Positions 26,045 to 28,943 of a DNA stretch of 28,943 nt are shown in pieces. The notes beneath the pieces are model-generated. The model saw only the letters and a program-made list of their open reading frames with translations, was not told the DNA's origin and made no database searches. The stretch comes from Pseudomonadota bacterium (GTDB taxonomy: Bacteria; Myxococcota; JACRCW01; JAFGSX01). The position numbers and the translations under genes are program-made. The stretch covers positions 1 through 28,943 of the forward strand of contig JBDRCO010000038.1 of the NCBI GenBank assembly GCA_043821645.1, given 5' to 3'. Position 1 is the first letter of the stretch. Each line of letters opens with the position of its first letter.

Positions 26045-27022
26045 TTACTTGATCAGCGAGCAGGCGCAGCTATGCGATTCGGCCGAGTCCCAGTCGTAGT
26101 TGCAGTTGGTGCCCTCGATGCGCGGACGATCTCCGGTGCTGAGGCGGCCACATGAATTGGCCGCGGTCACATTGTCGTACATCGGGTAGCCCTTGCAGGG
26201 CATCTCCGTGTACGAGGGGTGAACGAACCAGTTGTATTGACACCAGCCTTCGCCGGCGGCAGCGACCGAGAACAGCTCATCATACGTGGCCAGGTGACCA
26301 CCCAAGTCCTTGCAGGTGAGCACGCAGCCCCGGGGGCCCGCTTGGTGGGTGGTGCTGTACTGGCCGATCACTCGCCCCTTGAGCTGTGCGCCCTGCACCA
26401 CTCCACCCGATGAGAGGTTGCCACTCGCAGACAGCGCGCCGTTGACCTGGACGTTGCGGGTCACGGTCAGATCCCGTCCCATCGACACATCGCCGGTGAG
26501 TGATGAGGTTCCACTGACCGTCGCGTTGCGCCCCACGGCGAGATCGCGCGCCACCTGCAAGTCGCTGGCCGCGCGCGTCCACACCGCGTAGGGCACGGGC
26601 AGGAAGCGCTTGCGGCTCTGCAGCAGCACCGGCACCTGGTCCGGGTACAGCTCGACGCCCAGCTGCAGGTCATCGGCATTGCGGATGACGTCGGCAATGC
26701 TGGCAGCGTCCGGATCCTGCAGCGGGCAGGCACTGGCCGCCGGGTTCTGATCGCACAGGCCGAGCAGGGCGGTGAAGCGGCCGTGATACACCTGCACGGT
26801 CTGGGTCTCGTACCAGATGGGCGCGTCGGGGTTCGCGCTCGATCCGTCGTAGAGCGTGAACTTGATCTGAAGCTCCTCGCTCAGGCCCACCCCGTCCTTC
26901 TCCAGGGTTCCGGTGTAGGGGAACAAGCTCACCACGTCGTCGTTGGCGGGGTCGCCATCGGCGAGCGCGGCCGCGGGTAGCCCGCACAGTGCCAGGACCA
27001 GCCAAGGGTATGGACATCGCAT
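26045..27022 (-). CDS. Secreted fibre-like protein with beta-helical shaft and C-terminal Link (Xlink)-like module
   Basis: GGAGG RBS; signal peptide; shared N-module FPYTGTLEKDG..WYETQTVQVYHGRFTALLG..RKRFLPVPYAVW; hexad shaft; tip CKDLGGHLATYDEL..GEGWCQYNW..KGYPM..SCG..CAC. Confidence 0.8.
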   Translation of the reverse strand: MRCPYPWLVLALCGLPAAALADGDPANDDVVSLFPYTGTLEKDGVGLSEELQIKFTLYDGSSANPDAPIWYETQTVQVYHGRFTALLGLCDQNPAASACPLQDPDAASIADVIRNADDLQLGVELYPDQVPVLLQSRKRFLPVPYAVWTRAASDLQVARDLAVGRNATVSGTSSLTGDVSMGRDLTVTRNVQVNGALSASGNLSSGGVVQGAQLKGRVIGQYSTTHQAGPRGCVLTCKDLGGHLATYDELFSVAAAGEGWCQYNWFVHPSYTEMPCKGYPMYDNVTAANSCGRLSTGDRPRIEGTNCNYDWDSAESHSCACSLIK

Positions 27023-27063
27023 CGTGTTCCTCCCGTCATCACGGCTGCAGGTCTGCGGCCTGC

Positions 27064-28005
27064 TCACTTGACCCGTGCGCACAGCACGCCGGTGGAAGCA
27101 GCGTCGTAGACATTGCCATTGGAGTGCCAGCAGCGGCAGTAGATGCCGGTCGTGCCGTCCGTGTTCGTCGCCCAGCCGGCCGAGTACAGCGCGTGCGCGG
27201 AGCCGGAGCAGCTCATGGTCCAGCTGATCGGTCGCTTGCCGGCGGGGCAGTAGCAGCGGGCGGCCGCGCAGGAGACCGTCTCGTAGCCGAAGTCCAGGAC
27301 GCCGCTCACCTTCGCGTCGCCGGTGACATCCAGCTTGCCGCCCATCGTGGTGTCCCCGGTCACCGCCAAGCCACTCCTGGCCGTCACCTTCCCGTCGACG
27401 GTGGCCGTGCCGCCGGCAGTGAGGTTGCGGGTGACGGCGAGGTCACGCCCTGCCGCTACATCGCCAGCGATGGTGGCGGGGCCGCCCAAGGTCAGGCTGC
27501 GCCCGACAGCCAGGTCTTGCGCCACCTCGAGATTCGTGGCCGAGCTCGACCACACGGCATAGGGCACGGGCACGAAGCGCTTGCGGTGCTGCATGGGCAC
27601 GGGGCCCGAGCCGTCGTCCAGGTCCACGGCCAGGTACAGGTCGTCGGCGTTGACCACCATCTGCTCGATGCTGGCGGCGCCGTCGTCGTCGCCCAGAGGG
27701 CAGCGCGCCGTGGGGCTCGACTGTCCATCGCACTCGCCGAGCAACACCGAGAAGTGCCCCCCGTAAACCTGCACGGTCTGGGTCTCGCGCCAGAGCGCGG
27801 TGCCGCTGGCCGCCTGCGGCGCGTCGAAGAGCTTGAAGGTCATGGTGACGTCGCCACTGACGGTCGCTCCGTCCTTTTCCAGCAAGCCGCCGTAGGCGAA
27901 CAGCCTGGGCACGTTGTCGGTGGTGGGATCTTGATCGGCCTGCGCCACTGCGGGCAGTAGCACGCTCAATCCCAGAGCCAGAATCGAAGCCTTTTTGAAT
28001 GACAT
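27064..28005 (-). CDS. Secreted fibre-like protein with beta-helical shaft and small Cys-rich head
   Basis: Signal peptide; shared N-module FAYGGLLEKDG..LWRETQTVQVYGGHFSVLLG..RKRFVPVPYAVW; longer hexad shaft; head CYCPAGKRPISWTMSC..YCRC..GVLCARVK. Confidence 0.8.
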   Translation of the reverse strand: MSFKKASILALGLSVLLPAVAQADQDPTTDNVPRLFAYGGLLEKDGATVSGDVTMTFKLFDAPQAASGTALWRETQTVQVYGGHFSVLLGECDGQSSPTARCPLGDDDGAASIEQMVVNADDLYLAVDLDDGSGPVPMQHRKRFVPVPYAVWSSSATNLEVAQDLAVGRSLTLGGPATIAGDVAAGRDLAVTRNLTAGGTATVDGKVTARSGLAVTGDTTMGGKLDVTGDAKVSGVLDFGYETVSCAAARCYCPAGKRPISWTMSCSGSAHALYSAGWATNTDGTTGIYCRCWHSNGNVYDAASTGVLCARVK

Positions 28006-28030
28006 GTGCGTCCCTTGTGGCCAGTTGGCT

Positions 28031-28943
28031 CTAGCGAATGACGAAGCCCGTGCTGCAGTCGGCGCCGAACTCGCACAGCGGCTGGCCGTCGCCAGGCACG
28101 CCGATGGCGTCGTGAATCACGTAGGTGGACCCCGTGCCGTCCTGCCCGACCAGGGCCGGCCCGTAGGTGGCGTCCATCTGGGTCACCGCCGAGGTTGAGA
28201 AGTCCGCACACATCCAGTAGCCGCTGCGCGGCGTGGAGTTGTAACCGGCGCTCAGGTTGAGCTGGGCGTCTGGGCAGCCCAGGTCGCAGTCCGGGCCTCC
28301 GTAGTTGTCGCCGCAGCCGCACTGCAACTCGCCGAAGTTGTTGCGATCGCCCTGGCCTATGGAACCCGCAGGGTCCTCGACCCAGCCCGGGCACAGGCTG
28401 CGCCAGGCCGCGATCTCAGGATTGGTGACGGGGCTGCCGCCGATGGTTGGTGCCCACTCGTTGATGCAGCCGTGCGCGTAGGCCGTGGGCTGGGAGGGGG
28501 GGACGTAGTTCATGGAGGCAAAGCCCACCACGCCGTTGATGGGAACCGCGTCGATGGCACAGGTCAGTTTGGCATGCGCGGGGTTCTTGGGGTCGAGGCC
28601 GGACAGTGGAGCCTCGGTGGTGGTGGTGCAGGTGCCCGAGGTGCAATCGCTGGCGCAGCTCTCGTCGCCAGTCGGGCAGTTCACCCGGCACAGGTTCATG
28701 GTGGCCTTGCCATCGACGAAGTCGGACTGCGGCAGAGTCGGGGTGTCGGTGCCCGCGTTGGCTCGCACCAGCACGCAGCGGAACTGGCTGTGGTGCGACA
28801 TGCCGCGCCACACGCGCCCACCCACGCAGGGCCAGGGCCCGCTGGTCTGGCATTCTTCCTCGATGGGAGGCGGTAGCGCGGGGTCGCGGCACAGGGCGTG
28901 CTCGGGCACCACGCCGCTGGCCAGGGCATCGGTGGGAGGGGGC
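28031..28943 (-). CDS. Cys-rich, probably extracellular protein with EGF-like motif; C-terminal part only, start lies beyond the window
   Basis: Frame stays open to the window edge (..PPPTDALASGVVPEHALC..); numerous Cys; CGCGDNYGGPDC EGF-like motif; stop 25 nt before the first fibre gene. Confidence 0.7.
   Translation of the reverse strand, partial: PPPTDALASGVVPEHALCRDPALPPPIEEECQTSGPWPCVGGRVWRGMSHHSQFRCVLVRANAGTDTPTLPQSDFVDGKATMNLCRVNCPTGDESCASDCTSGTCTTTTEAPLSGLDPKNPAHAKLTCAIDAVPINGVVGFASMNYVPPSQPTAYAHGCINEWAPTIGGSPVTNPEIAAWRSLCPGWVEDPAGSIGQGDRNNFGELQCGCGDNYGGPDCDLGCPDAQLNLSAGYNSTPRSGYWMCADFSTSAVTQMDATYGPALVGQDGTGSTYVIHDAIGVPGDGQPLCEFGADCSTGFVIR

Noticed and set aside
26045-28005. Shufflon or diversity-generating retroelement
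   Set aside because: All genes are complete and co-oriented; there are no inverted cassettes, recombinase, reverse transcriptase or TR/VR pair differing at adenines.
24988-28943. Prophage, tailocin or contractile injection system
   Set aside because: The fibre genes have signal peptides, and no sheath, tube, baseplate, capsid, lysis or integrase genes are in the window.

Overview
High-GC (roughly 65-70% by eye) chromosomal window from a diderm bacterium. The many Cys-rich lipoproteins, the secreted caspase/ECF module and the GAF protein suggest Myxococcota or another deltaproteobacterium (inference). It holds about 26 genuine CDSs; I found no tRNA, rRNA, CRISPR array, transposase or integrase. 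Left to right: a CBM9-like lipoprotein (partial, absent from the ORF track); a DUF6600-type Pro-rich lipoprotein; a translationally coupled operon of ECF sigma, zinc-finger anti-sigma, exported caspase-like protease and Cys-rich lipoprotein; a histone H1-like protein; ArnT-like GT plus lptF/lptG; a GAF protein; a Na+/solute symporter; a TetR-headed MMPL / LolA-like / beta-barrel / lipoprotein / methyltransferase operon with four operator-like palindromes; a cation:proton antiporter fused to PTS EIIA; trxC; and mntP. The most striking region is the right end: three tandem secreted fibre-like paralogues share one N-terminal module but carry different tips. The tips are a phage tail-collar needle, a resistin-like Cys head, and an apparent Link (Xlink, TSG-6/CD44-like) module, a domain known mainly from animals. 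All family assignments come from motif recognition, not database searches.
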